Source: Psammoneis japonica (taxonomy: Eukaryota). Taken from it: a stretch of 64,000 nt of DNA. The DNA lies in the NCBI GenBank assembly GCA_008632985.1, contig QPGO01000053.1, positions 310,001 to 374,000 on the forward strand, given 5' to 3'. Positions 36,201 to 48,919 of the stretch are shown here, piece by piece. A program made the translations under genes and the position numbers. Positions within the stretch are counted from its first letter, which is position 1, and every line of letters starts with the position of its first letter. The notes beneath the pieces were generated by a model. The model saw only the letters and a program-made list of their open reading frames with translations, was not told the DNA's origin and did no database searches.

Positions 36201-39200
36201 CTTTTTAATTTTAATTTCAAAAGAGACAATGTTTGTTTTGGAACAAACAAACTTCTCACCCAACATCTCTGGGCAAAGCTTGAGTGGCAACAGCATTTTG
36301 CAATCTTGTGCTCACTGCTGTGTGCTTTAATTGACCAGACACAACACCATTTTGTGACATGAACTTGTTCTTGCTGCTCAATTTCCATTGGCCAGCAGCA
36401 CAACTCCATGCAACAAATGCTTGCATTGCCATGAACAACTTGTGTCATCAACTGTCTCAAAGCTCCACAGCCAGATCAAGCTGTCCAGCGGCCCAAGTGC
36501 TGAGCTGGATGATGGCCACTTTGTAAAGACCACCCAAGACCTCCAGAGTCTCATGATGGACAAAAAACCTTCTGCAATGCCAAGAATGCTGGCTGCAAAG
36601 TCATGCTCCTGTTCAACTTTGTGCAGCCCAGGATCTTGAGACTGAGTGCAAAAATTGCCTTTTGAGGCCACTGGCAAATGAAGCTTGTGACAACTTCAAG
36701 ATGGGTGACATTGTGTGTTCCATCTGAGCTCCTAACAAAGCCACAAAATCACAGAGAATTGTGTCTCAAAATGACTGAAGTCAAGCTCAGACAAACATGG
36801 ACAACAACAGCAAATGTTCCAGTGGATGTTGCAGCAGCTTTCAAAAAAAACTTGTGGTTCTGCCATCAGATTCCTGCCCTCCTGGCAAGGACTGCACCAA
36901 GCTTGTGGCCAAAGCCCTGCATCTTGTCAAGATCATGATGCAGATGGGCTGTGGCTGCCCTGGCTGTAAAATGGGCTCTGCCATTGTGTGCAAAGTGCCC
37001 AGTGGAGTTGCCTTCTCTGAGCTCTTCAATCAACAAGCTTCGTCATTTGGGGGCCATGCAAGCAGCCGAAGGGAAAGTGTCATCTCTGCAACCCTGCCAA
37101 ATCTCCCAAGAGCTCTGCTCATGCTGACTGCTGTCCTGCCAAGACAAGTGGTGGGCCAGCTGCAGACAAAAAACTGGCCTGCCTTGTCCCCCCAAGCTCC
37201 CTTGAGAGCAGCCATGCTCCCAATGGTTGCAACTTGACCACCAAGCATGTGCTGTTGTGGGCATTGCCAGGAACACTGACATCCAATGCTGAACATTTTG
37301 AGTTTGCTTGCCCTGCATGCAAGAACCAAGCTGGCACAAAAATGGTCAAAAGAAGAAAGACCAAGACACTGGCAACTCCAACAAGGACACTCGCCCTCCA
37401 AGAAAGAGAAACCTTCCAAGCCTGTCTGGCATTTTGCCAACATTTTTTGTGACATGCTGACAAGAACAAATGCATGGTCTAGAAATGACTTGACAAGTGT
37501 GCCAACAGACAAAGAAAGTGGCAAAACTGGGACAAGCCAAAAGGGCCTTCAGCTGCTGAGTGGGCTGGTGCAAGCACCCTGCCAAGTCCAGCACAGGTGC
37601 TTTGACCAATTTTTCCATTGCGGGCCCTTTTTCAGGTGCTCCATTTGGGCTGCAGCAGTGCATGATCCTGGCCACTGCTTCAGCAAGCAAACTCCTGCAG
37701 ATCTGAGGCACTGAGCCCAAGCCCATCCCTTTCACAATGTCAGCTCCTTCTTTGACACACAGGGCTGCAAAAAGATGCCCTTGGACAATTGCTCAAGAAG
37801 CCAGCTTGCTGTTTTGACTCAGCCAAAAAGTTTCTGCCCCCAGAGCTTTTTTTTCTTTGACAAAAGTTGTTCCCCATGCTTCTTGGCTCTGTTGACACTG
37901 CTCCCTGGCAGGATCCTGGCCAGGCTGCACCTTCAAAATCTGCAGACAGAGTTGCTGCCCCCACCCAAGCCCCTCCCCTTGAGGCAGCACCCCTTGCCAC
38001 TGCTCCCCAAGCTCTGCTGAGTCTTGTGCATGGCCAGCACATGATGGGGAAGCACAAAATGAAGCTCCCACTTCTGTGCTTCCTGCACATCTGTTTGCCC
38101 CAATTCAGGTGGCTTGCCCTCCTTCCGTGAACCCTGCAACCATCATTGTTCTGCAATGTTGACACATCTTGCGCACAACAATCATCTGGATGTTGCCTGT
38201 GCTGCTGCCCATCAAGTCATCAGCAGGCTCTCATTTGCTCCCAAGGTCTCTCTCTCTCTCTTGCAATTGCCACTTGGAATGTTTTTTGTCATTTGAACCC
38301 ATGGACCAACATCTCAGCTGTCATGAAAGTGTGCATTTTGAGTTGCTGCTCCCCAGCATTGAAGACTGTGATGCACAACCCAACTTCTCTGTCAAGTCAC
38401 CAAGGGCACACCACTTCTTGTGCAGGACATCTGGCCATTGCATGGCCATCCAAGCTGTGGCCTCTTTTTGCACTTTCTGTGATGGAAGCCAAGCGTGTTG
38501 CTCTCTCTGAAGCAGCACACAGTCTCATTTCACTGTGCATGATTTTCAGCAAAGTTGGCGCACGCACTTCTTGTTCCTGCAGCTCAGCCATCAGAAAACA
38601 AGATCATTTCCCACACACCAACAGGCCCCCTTTCCCCCATGACAATGATGATGGGGCCAAATCTCAGCCCATTGTCTGTGCCAACTCACCTTCATCTGTT
38701 GTGCACGAGCGCGATGCTGCTTGTCTTCAACTTGCTTGTGAGCAAAAAACAAATGCCAGAGCCAAGCACACAGGCACTCCACACTGCTGGCTCTGTGCTG
38801 AAGCAGAGGCTTTGGCCCAACTGTCTCTGCTGCAAAGCCAGCAGACCAGCTCAATGAGGGACATGGGTTGGCAACTGCGCACCCCATTTTGGTTGAGAGG
38901 AAGAGTCGTGAGTCTGGCTTGCAGATGGGCAACTGCACTTGAAGTGTCGCACCAGCCAAATTGTCATGCACAATGCAAAGAGGAATCTCCTCACACTTTG
39001 AGTCATTGCAGTGCCTTGTTGTCTTCTGCTGCATCTGTCATCTGCTGTGCCACACTGCACAACCTCAAGAGGCACCTTGTCTTCCACATGAGTGCTGCAC
39101 AACCCGAGTGTCAAGAGATTCTCTCCCCCTGGGTTTCACATGGAGGTTTTTTCTTCTCCACAAAAGCACCAGCATGTGGCAAAGTGGAGGCCATAAGATG

Positions 39201-39290
39201 ATTCAGCTTTTCTCTTGCTGCACTGGCTGGAGTGTGCGACTGTGTTTCGGTTGAACACGAAGCGACAAGAAAATCCCACGAGCGGGCGGC
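31540..39290. other. TpA- and CpG-depleted hypermutated domain 1
   Basis: About 20 TA by eye in ~7.7 kb: one in 31741-33180 and none seen in ~37490-39190. Track ORFs are nearly Tyr-free and rich in Cys/His/Gln. Confidence 0.9.
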
Positions 39291-39594
39291 GGTAGCGTTC
39301 TTTGTCACGTCTGTGCGTTGGGAAGGATGCAGATAGAACGACGTCTTCATACACAAGACGAAGATCGAAAGCTGCTACGCAACAGTTACGACAGACTATG
39401 TCAATGCTGTTGGACATATTGTGCACAATACATGAACGCTTTAGTTACTGCTATATCCAAACTCCATAGACGGCATCTTCTTCAAAGCCAGCTCGGACAG
39501 CAGCGGGAGACTGAACACAGATGCACTTGCAGCAATAGAATATCGACTTCAACGCTTCGCCGTCTTCTCTTGCGGCAGGTTATTCGCTACTCTC

Positions 39595-41695
39595 CTAACA
39601 GGAAATGCCTTTGTCACTGCAAGTTGTGCCGCGACCCTTGAAGTTTCCTTTTATTCTGTCGCATGCCGACTTTTGGATCTTAAGACAATTTCCATTCTTG
39701 CAGCAGGCTCCATTCCTTGGACAAATTTCATTCTCACACGTCGTGGCATCTCCTCGATAATCCCCAGCACATTTCGACGCTGTACGGAGTTCGCATCTGT
39801 TATCTCCGAACTTCAAACAGCAAGCTCCCTTATTGGGGTCCACTGGCTGTGGAGGAGGAGGGGGAGTGGGAGGTGCCGTTTGACGCTTGTCACTCCCAGG
39901 GCATTCAATACTCTCACAACTCGTTCCAAAGCCCTGAAATTTGCCACTGAGCCGATCAATGCACCTGTTTCTTTTCTGATTAGGGACACAAATTCCTGAC
40001 TCTCGGCAGCATCCGCCCCTCTCACTGCAGCGGGCTGATACGCAGGTCTGAAACAGCAAAACGCAGGAGCGAGTGGCGTTTAGGATCAGAATCATTCAAA
40101 CAATATCATATTCGACAATTCTTACCTTTCCAGCCTGGAATATTCCATCCAACTTTTCACACGAGCCCTCCGTGACATCTTTGCATTCTCTCCTGTTAAC
40201 AACAAGCGATCATTACAAGACGTTCCGCTTAAGAAGCACTTAAAGGAATAAACAAAATGATGTATGCAGATAATCGATACGTACTTGTACTTCAAGCAGC
40301 ATGCTCCAGGTGGGTCGCAAATTCCAGCGCTGCACTCGGTGCCAAAACCCTTGAAGTCACCTGAAGATCATTCAATAAACGAGAAACAAAGTTTGAGAAC
40401 ATAAGTAGTGACACAGAGCCGCATCCTTCTGTGGTTATGAAAGCACTCACCTCCGCACCACTTCTTCTTGATTTTATTGCACACTTTCTTTCCTTTCACA
40501 GTCGTGCAGCAAGCACCTTTCAGTGGGCATGTCTTTTCATCACAGGTTGTGCCCTACAGACAATATTAGAAAGATACACGACACAGAGGTAAATTGAGAT
40601 GAAAGACTTCCAAATGAAGCCAGACTCACTGCCGGTAAAACAACGACGGCAACTTACAGGTCCTAGGTAGACGCCCGTCTTACAGAATTTTGGCTTGATA
40701 ACGTCACAGTTTCCGCCCTCTAAGTCACAGCAGGCACCGCGAGGATTGCATTTCTTATTGGCAGGCTGGGGAACAAGAGCACGACGAACATCAGTTCACA
40801 GACGGTTTCAAAAACGAAGAATGAAATCATATTGTGGGAGGGACTAACTTACACATTCGGTTTTGGAACCCGTGAAAAAACCTCCCTTGTCATCGCAGAC
40901 CTTCCTTCTTAGCACAGCGCAAGATGCATCAAGCAAGCAGCAGGCGCCTTCTTGGCAATCGCCACACGTCGTACCCTCGCCCGCGAAATCGCCTAAATAT
41001 TTGAAATGGACACGAGTGTTATCAGAGGGATGCAAACGAGACGTAGTCACTAAAACATTACTCATTACTGACGTACCTTTCTTTTTGTCACACTCAAACT
41101 TCCTCGCTAGGAAGCATTGTCCGTCTGGATCGGGATCGCAACATCCCCCATAAGCTTCTGGGCATCTGTCGGCACGACAGGTGATTCCATCTCCAAGATA
41201 TGCGCCGCCTATAGAATCGCAACTGCTTTCGTCGAGCCACGTGCAAACCGGTGGATTTGCAGATGGTTGACAACACCCTCCCTTAGGAGGGTCAGTATTC
41301 TGAAACATGTAAAGATAAACAGAAGCAATGAGAATGCAAAAACAGTGAACGAAAACAGTTGAAGCGTTTGGATTCGCATACCGTCAGGATCCGCTGAGAC
41401 CCAGCCTTTGATAGAAGAAGTGAAATTACAGAGTAGAAAATGTGAGAACAGGAAATAAAATCATGCTATCATCGTGATAGTTGCTAATTCACTCTTACGT
41501 ACGTTGGAAGAGGCACCGTCCTTTGGTCCGTACTCCGCCGACACGTCTGAGGAAGAACACAGCGTAGGAAAGCAAATTCGTGAGCCATTCCTGTCTACTC
41601 GAAACAAGTGGCGCCAACATTAAACGTTTCATACCTGTCGCCTCGCAAAGAGCAAACGCAACCAAGAGCAAAAGACCGTTGTAATTGAATTTCAT
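39595..41695 (-). CDS. Secreted cysteine-rich protein with tandem G(A/G)CC repeats, 10 exons
   Basis: Signal peptide MKFNYNGLLLLVAFALCEA. Nine GT-AG introns splice into one frame (…ASSN|AGSQRILT|NTDPPKGGCC…). Repeats GACC-x5-8-C-x7-C-…G.(Y/F).G.GTTC. Stop TAG at 39595. Confidence 0.85.
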
Positions 41696-43026
41696 CTTTG
41701 TCTTCGACTCGATACTTGTTACTAATCTTACGAAATTCTTTTTTGTGAGATGGATTCCGGGGCGCCACGATCAACACAAGATTGTGACGCGAATTGTCGT
41801 AGTGCGGTTGTGCCGAGAGAGAGTCTTTTGGTGGTCACGAACCACCTCATATATTAAATGATATTAGTCCCTATGCACTTGCGTAGCTTTTCTTCTTTTT
41901 GATTAATGACTGTTCTTTTAAAAATGATTTGTCGCTATCAGAAGTCATAGTCATATGATCAATTATAGACATCCATTACATAAGTCATAGATTTTATCGG
42001 ATTTCAAAGCAGTATGGTGTAGTCATACTATAAATGTTGCTCCACATTTATACTCTAGCAGGTCATCATCCGGCTTACTTAGTTGCTAGCTTGCAGAGTT
42101 TTCTTCGAGACTTTTCGTTATTGGTCAGATCACTCATCCATGTCCTTTCGGCGCAGAATCCTGTGGTTTTTGTACTGGAAATAAAAACAATTATTGCTAG
42201 TGACCGAATGACCATGGCATCTGATGCGACGACTCATTCGACGAGCTCGTGTGCACGCTCGGGAAACGCACACGCCCACACAAGTGGAATCATGGATTCC
42301 TCCTCCTTGATTTGTTTCCATGCAAGGCTTCCTCAATGCACTCCGCTTCAAACAGTGTGCTCTCCAGGATTTGGGTGCAACAGGAAGGTGTCTCTTGATT
42401 GGGAGCTGAAGTGCTGAGCTGCTGTGGTCTGTGGTGTGACAGCGAGGTGGATGACCGGATGGCGTGTCCATCGACGACAACTTTGGGCCCATCAAAGGGG
42501 CGAAAAAGGTGGCATGAATCACAGATCATTGCCCCCCGCACTGAGCCATTGTGTGCACATCTTCATTCATTGGGTGGACCCCTTGCTGATTAAATGACAC
42601 GGCCACTTGTTGGAATCTCACCTTTTTTGTTTGTTTGCACGGTGCCCGCGTTTGTCCTTCATCTGATTGTTGCCCACAGACACTGTGGTGTTTTTTTTGT
42701 GTCCCCACTTCAACCAAACAATTGACGCACCTGACTGGCACATGTTTGTGGATGTTCCAGCATTTTCATTGTGTGCTCTCTTTCTTCATTTGCACTCAGC
42801 GACATTTCCAATTTCCAGTCGCAAGCTGGGCATTTGATGTGTTCGTGTTGTTTGATGACACAACACATTTTGGTGGCAGCATGAATGGCAGTGTGATCAT
42901 GAACACATGCTGTGCATTGAGTGAACTGAATCACGTTGAAAACACTTTGTCTTTCTTGTGATCATTTCACGGCAATTTTGCCATGTCAATTTTTGCTCAC
43001 TTCATTTTTTTCCGAAATCGACACAG

Positions 43027-43286
43027 GGCCTGTTCCAGCTCCAGGTGCTCCTCGCGGGTTCGATTCCCATCATTTGGAAATTTGTGCATTTGGCACAATT
43101 GACTTTTTCCAAATCCGTTTTTTGCCAAATCAAAGGGCAAGTGCACACTTTACATGTGTTTTCGGGTGTGCACTCACCTTTCGATTTTCGAAACGATCAA
43201 AATTGAAGGAGTTGATTGCGCTAAACTGCGCAGAAAATCGGCCTCTCGAGTGATGAAAAGCAGAGCACCTGGAGCTGGAGCAGGCC
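43027..43286. mobile_element. MITE-like element, 260 bp with 24-bp terminal inverted repeats
   Basis: ggcctgttccagctccaggtgctc (43027-43050) vs gagcacctggagctggagcaggcc (43263-43286), 23/24 match. No clear TSD. Confidence 0.75.
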
Positions 43287-43479
43287 ATTGGGGAATTCAC
43301 GCAGCCTCACTCAGCCTCCATGGCCCTTTTTCCTTGTGACCATGTGTCTGATTGCATCACCTCCACCATCCCACATTGCATGAGACAAGTCCGTTGATGC
43401 CGTTGTCTCCGCTGATGATTGTTCCAAAGACTGCAATAGCAGCGTTTGTCTTGACACTTCTTCACGTGATGACACACAT

Positions 43480-44100
43480 CAATGTCAGCCTTTGTTGTGC
43501 ATCAGTGTTTTTCTGTTGACTTGTTTCCACAACTCACTCCAAAACAAAGCAACAAATGATGCCAGGAGCAAGCAATCTTCGTGAGCTTTCCTCTTCACAA
43601 TGAGGGTGCAAAACAGCCAGAGTTCAAGCGGACATCGTTGGCACATGTCAGCTCCTGTCTGGTCTGCATGCAAATCAGTTGGAAGAAGGAGGTCCTTCTC
43701 TGGATTGAAATCTTCAGGGAGATTGTTGCATGTGTTGAAGCACCATTTGATGCAAACTGTTTCTCCCAGGTCACAGTCATCCACGGGGACAAACTTTCGG
43801 CGCTGTTCTGCATCGATTGGTTGACATTTAGACTGTGATGGTCATCAAAAAGGGAGTGGGCAAGCAAGTCCTTTGACATGTCCTGCATTTGAAAACAGGT
43901 GGCTTGGCACCCAGAAATGATGCGTGTGTCTGGTTTTGGCATGCACACCTTCATGCAGATGCTTTTCAGCAACTGTTTGCACTGAAGAGCCTTGCATGCA
44001 TTGAACTTCTTTTCTTGTGGAGATGTCATGGCAGAGTGAGCAGCGAATCATAAAATCCTTGAGTGGCACAGGAATTGTCACACAGTGTGATCAGCTCAAG
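43480..44100 (-). mobile_element. Plavaka-like transposase relic
   Basis: KDLLAHSLF…KWCFNTCNN…LLLPTDLHADQTGADMCQRCPLELWLF reads as WY..TY…LLP..LYAD.TG.D.YQRYPLE after restoring Tyr. Resemblance to Plavaka-type transposases is from memory only. Confidence 0.5.
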
Positions 44101-45086
44101 AGAAGCTCCCTCAGCCAACGTGAAGCTGCAACCAAGCAGAAGGGATGACTGTTCCTTGCCAACACAATCAGGGGGTCAGCCGGCGAAACTTGCTCTTCTT
44201 CATCAATGCCGCAATTGTCGGCAGAGTTGGTGCTGGGAAGCATCTCAAAAGGACACAGCTCATCCTCATCGTCTCCATCTGAGTGAGATCCATCACAGTG
44301 CTTGTGGAGTCATTGTCTTCTTCAATGGAGGTGCTGTTCTCAAAATCCAAAACAGCACCGCTGAACTCTGCATCGCATCCCGCCGTGGCACCACATGACA
44401 AAAGGGAGGAAACAGAGGAAGCACCTGTTGGGGAGCCGATGTCGGATCTGTCGGTGGGGTTTCTGGAGGTGCCCTCAGAAGTTGGGCAATGTTGGCAGGA
44501 GGACATCAACAAGGACTCCTCATCGTGGCCTTGACGAATGAGCAACACAGTGGCTTGGGACAGCATGCCCAAATCACTGGTGGCAACGTTGACACAACCA
44601 ACTCAGCAAGGCTGGTGCCAGCAATGGCAGAAACAAACCATGTGCAAGGATCTGTTTGCAGGGTGGGGATTGCCAAGACAGACAAAAACAAAGGGAGAGT
44701 CATTGGAAGTGAGTGTGAACTGATTGATTTTAAAATCAGATTGTTGTGCGGGTGTGAGAGCTGATTGAGAGTGCACGTGCCTTGCAGCCAGACAGACATG
44801 AATGTTGGAATGATGGGAAATGGAATTTGAAAAAACAGGGATCCAAACATTCGGTCATGGCCAAATGCAATGTTTTTGAAACTCAGGCAAGCAAACTCAA
44901 GTGTTGCATTGGCGAACATGTGATGACAAACAAAATCAATGGCCACACAATGTTTGGGTCACAACATTTGCAAATGCAGGGAAATCCAGGTTGCAGCGGC
45001 AAATGGCTGGGTGCCAATGTTCACATGACTGGCGCTGGGAGGAGCACTGACAAAACAAACCACTCAGAAAACAACAACACAAAGTC

Positions 45087-46500
45087 ATGGCAACCACGGT
45101 GCAGAGACTTGTCAATCCAGCCAAGTTGATGGACGATGACAAGAAGGTGGGCAGAGACACAGTCAAGGTGAGAAACCATGTCAAAGAAAAGGTGTTTCTC
45201 AGCATCATGTTTGTCTTTGATGCAAGGCAGCTGGAGGAAACCGGCATGCTGCACCAAGACTGCACCCAGAATTGCAGACTGACACTGATGGATGGAATGC
45301 TGGCAGACCTGCCAGAAGTGGAGCAAAAAAAAAAACACCTGCATTTCCTGTGGATGAAAATGAAACAAAACAGGTTGTGCCAGGCTTGGCCAGCAACAAA
45401 GCAATCCAATGCATGTCAGGCCAAGCAAGACAAATTTCACAGCAAGCGCTGTTGCCAAGGCTTGTCGTGGATGAGGGGATGACAAACTGATGTCAGGAAC
45501 ATGTTGTTGCTGACACAACACAGTGCTTTGTGCATGCTGTGATGAACACAATTGCATCTTGCCTTCACCAGAATGACTCCAGGAGCAATTGTTGAATCCA
45601 ACATCATTGCAGACAGTGACTGTTTGTTGCAGCCGGTCATGGGAAATGCTTGTTGGAAGAAGAGCCTCTCCAACAACACAAGGTTGGGCATGTTGCATGC
45701 TGAGGCATTCACCCACATGCTCCTGAAGAACAATTTTGTAGCGTGGCACATGGAGCACACAAGAGCAACAACAAGGACAGTCGTTTGTGATGTCAGACCA
45801 TGGTGCGGAGCTTGATGACCAAGGAAACCCCACCAGAAGGCAAGACTTGTGTGGGACGACAATGCCAGATGTCAGCGTTGCTGAGCCAAAGGATGCAAAC
45901 GGATCAAGCTCATTTGCCATTTTGGAAGGAGACCCCAAAGAGCCAACAGAGCAATGTGCAGCAGAGGAAATGTTGAACAAATTCAAAGAGGCACAGGAGA
46001 AGTCCCTCGAGAGCTGCAACGAATGCATCAAGAAGGTGAGAATGGAGCAAACAACACAGGAGCAATTGGTCATTTTGATGGAGGTCACGAACAAGCTGGA
46101 GAGCAACAAGAACCTGCCTGACAGGGAACGTGGCACTGAGAAAAGAAAGTGCTTAAGATGCCTGGAGCACTTCACAGCAGGGAACTCCAGGAATGGAGTG
46201 GAAGAAGGTGCACCGAGGACATGATGAAAGACACCCAGGAAGTGCAAAGGATGGTCCCTGAGGGCAAACAAGTTCTTTGAGAAACTGGTGAGCGAAATCA
46301 AACAAGATGTTGTGAGCAAACAACTGGGACAATGGGAGGATTTGCACAGGAAGTTTGTGGCAGGGTGCAATGAGAGAAAGTGGAGGATGACAATGATGAG
46401 TCAGGGGACAAGGGCAGCCACATGGTGAACTGCACCAAGATGTGCAAGCTGCAGTTGATGCCAGTTTGGTGGATGACACACATAAGCAGCATTGACGTCA
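45087..46500 (+). mobile_element. Degenerate transposon accessory ORF
   Basis: Broken frames with VRNHVKEKVF, EAFTHMLLKNNFVAW and GWSLRANKFFEKL fragments, divergent from the Plavaka-like relic. Assignment is by recollection only. Confidence 0.35.
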
Positions 46501-47149
46501 TTGCAAATGACATTGCAGAGCAAATCTAAATTGAAAAACTGGGTTCCAGGGTGCTGATTGGCAAGTGAATTTGGAAGGATGCATCACAAAATGGGCAGTT
46601 GGAATGCCAGTCACCCAATCCATTGTCAGTCAGTTGACAGAAATCATCAAATGGAAAGTCGTGCAAGAGTCGACTTGTTGTGTTGCAACAAACTCATTGG
46701 TTTGCGCGTCCTTGGTTTGAAACCACAGACATTCATTGGAGGAGCCGGACATTCATTTGTTTCTGGATCACACTTGTTTGTCACAAACAGCTGTGATTTG
46801 TGTCAAATCAGACTCATTCTTCAGTTGTGCACACATTGACGTGCTTGTGCTCACACATGTTTTGGCAGACTGAAGCCTGGCCATCTGTGAACATGAGGAT
46901 TCATTGATTCGGGCCCCTGATGTTCTGCCCACACAACACACCACAGATGGAGTCAAGGGCAGCTGTGATGAGCCATCTGATTGTGGCTTTAAAGCAAGCT
47001 CAATGAGCTGACTCTGAGCCCGTTTTTGGATGGCTCATCTCTCCAATCTGTTTTGCACTCTTTGTTTGCCATGTTCTTCATGATGTCATCAAGGAGCTCA
47101 CTCACCAAAAACACTGCAGCACCAGGGCACACAAAAGAAAAAAGAACAA

Positions 47150-47410
47150 GGTGCAACAAGTGCAAGTCACCAGGGTGCAGCTGCCCAAGCCACCCAAAGT
47201 CACCAGGATGCACAAAAAATCTCAACTCGCCAAAAGTGCTTCTGCTCTAAATCCAACCACCCGCCCAGCCGCCCAGCCACACAGCGGAGGGCAATTTTTG
47301 GCAAACATGTCTCTGCTCACATGCATGGGACATTTGTCCATTTGCCAAGCCAGCTGTTTTTTTTTTGAAACATTGAAAAACAAGCAAAGAAACAACACCC
47401 AGCCACAGTT
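47150..47410 (+). repeat. Dispersed repeat copy A (partner at 62780-63005)
   Basis: Shared ccaggatgca…aatctcaactc…gcaatttt(t)ggcaaa..tgtctctg…ttgtccatttgccaagcca. Confidence 0.8.
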
Positions 47411-48919
47411 GATGTGCACGCCAAAAAAGCAGTCATGCTTCTTGGTGCGTGCACATGCTGGAGTTTTGCGGCTCACCCACTTGCACATGTTTGGTCTCAC
47501 CAACCCCAAACTCACCACGCAGCTTGCAAACACCTTCTCCATGCTGTTGACAGTTGTTGCCATGTGAGCAAATGCAAAAGCCAAAAACAAGTGAGCACAA
47601 GACCCGCAACTCAACCCAAGCTGCAAATGCAATTTTGCTGTGTTGTCCATGAATCTGTGCAGATGTTTTGTCTCCATTTTCTTTGTGGTGAACTTTGAGC
47701 AGCTCCTCTCTTTTTTGTCTTTTGTGTGCTGGAAACAAGTCCACAACATGCAGTGTGCACAAGCAGGGACTGAGTTGTCCTGATGCCACCAGCACAGTTT
47801 TCGCTGCCTTTTGCTGCACAGAACAGCAAGTGGCTGCTCTGGCTGGAGCTGCCGGTCACAACTCTCCCAGAACTCGGTGTTCTGGTGGCGGGTGGTTGAA
47901 GAGCATCTCACTTGGCAGGCAGGAGTGGAGCTTGTCCTTTCTTGTGCACAAACAAATGAGCTGAGTGACAATGATCCCAGAAACATCAACACAAGAAATC
48001 ATGCATGTCCCAACCTTGTCCCAACATTTAAATTGGTTTTTGCTGCATGGCAAGGTTCAAGCAGCTGCTTTCCAATCAACCAATCACCTGCTTCAACTTG
48101 TTGCAGTCTCCTCAAAACACAGGATCCAAACCACAGGGAACACACATGAAATTGCCTGCCAAAACATGCATCACACCAACAAATCATTGCCATCTTCAGC
48201 AGGGTGGACAAGGGCAATGATGAGTTGAAAGGGAGTTGTCATGGTGCTCAGGAGATTTCTCCATCTGCCGTTGTTGTTGCATTTTGGTCCACACAAATCC
48301 CTGCACCAATCTTCCCCTGATCAAATTTCAACAAAACGCGGTGAGCAGAAGTTGACAGGGTGAAATTCTCACAGAAGTCTCATGGAAAGGACAAAAATGT
48401 TGCAACGGAGGTCGCTTCATGCAACGGACACAGTGGGTTTGTGGGAGCTCACCCTCTGTCAACATTCACTTGGACTTCGCCAAAGCCAGAACAAGTTGAC
48501 AGCCAGAAAATTCATGCAGAAGTGTCACAGAGAGGACAAACAAATGCAATGTAAGTTGCTTCACTCAACGGACCAAGTGAGTTCATGGTCGCCTCACTCT
48601 TTGCACTGCCCTGACAGCTGAGCATGTGAACATCACATCCAACGTGAAAACATCAAATGCAAAAAATTTGTTGACATTTTTGAAAAATTGCTGAACGGAA
48701 ACATTTGGGGCAACAATCAAATGCAACTGCAAAGATTTGAGTGAGATGGTGCCGGGCTGGCTCGGCTGTTGTTGCATTTAAGTCGGAATGTGAAAAATGA
48801 ACAATTTTTGTCATGGGGCAATGATCGTGTGAAGGCTAAATAAAAACATGGTGTGAAAATAAAAAAGGTCAACTGCCAACAAGTGAGTGTGCATTTTAAT
48901 CAGCAATGTGCCGACGCAA

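Noticed and set aside
31500..41695. One GACC gene split by a 6-kb insertion
   Set aside because: The upstream copy has its own stop at 39595 followed by normal intergenic DNA, so two paralogs fit better.
43030..43075. tRNA gene (GGTTCGATTCCC)
   Set aside because: No cloverleaf, the possible A-box is too close, and the motif sits beside a TIR.
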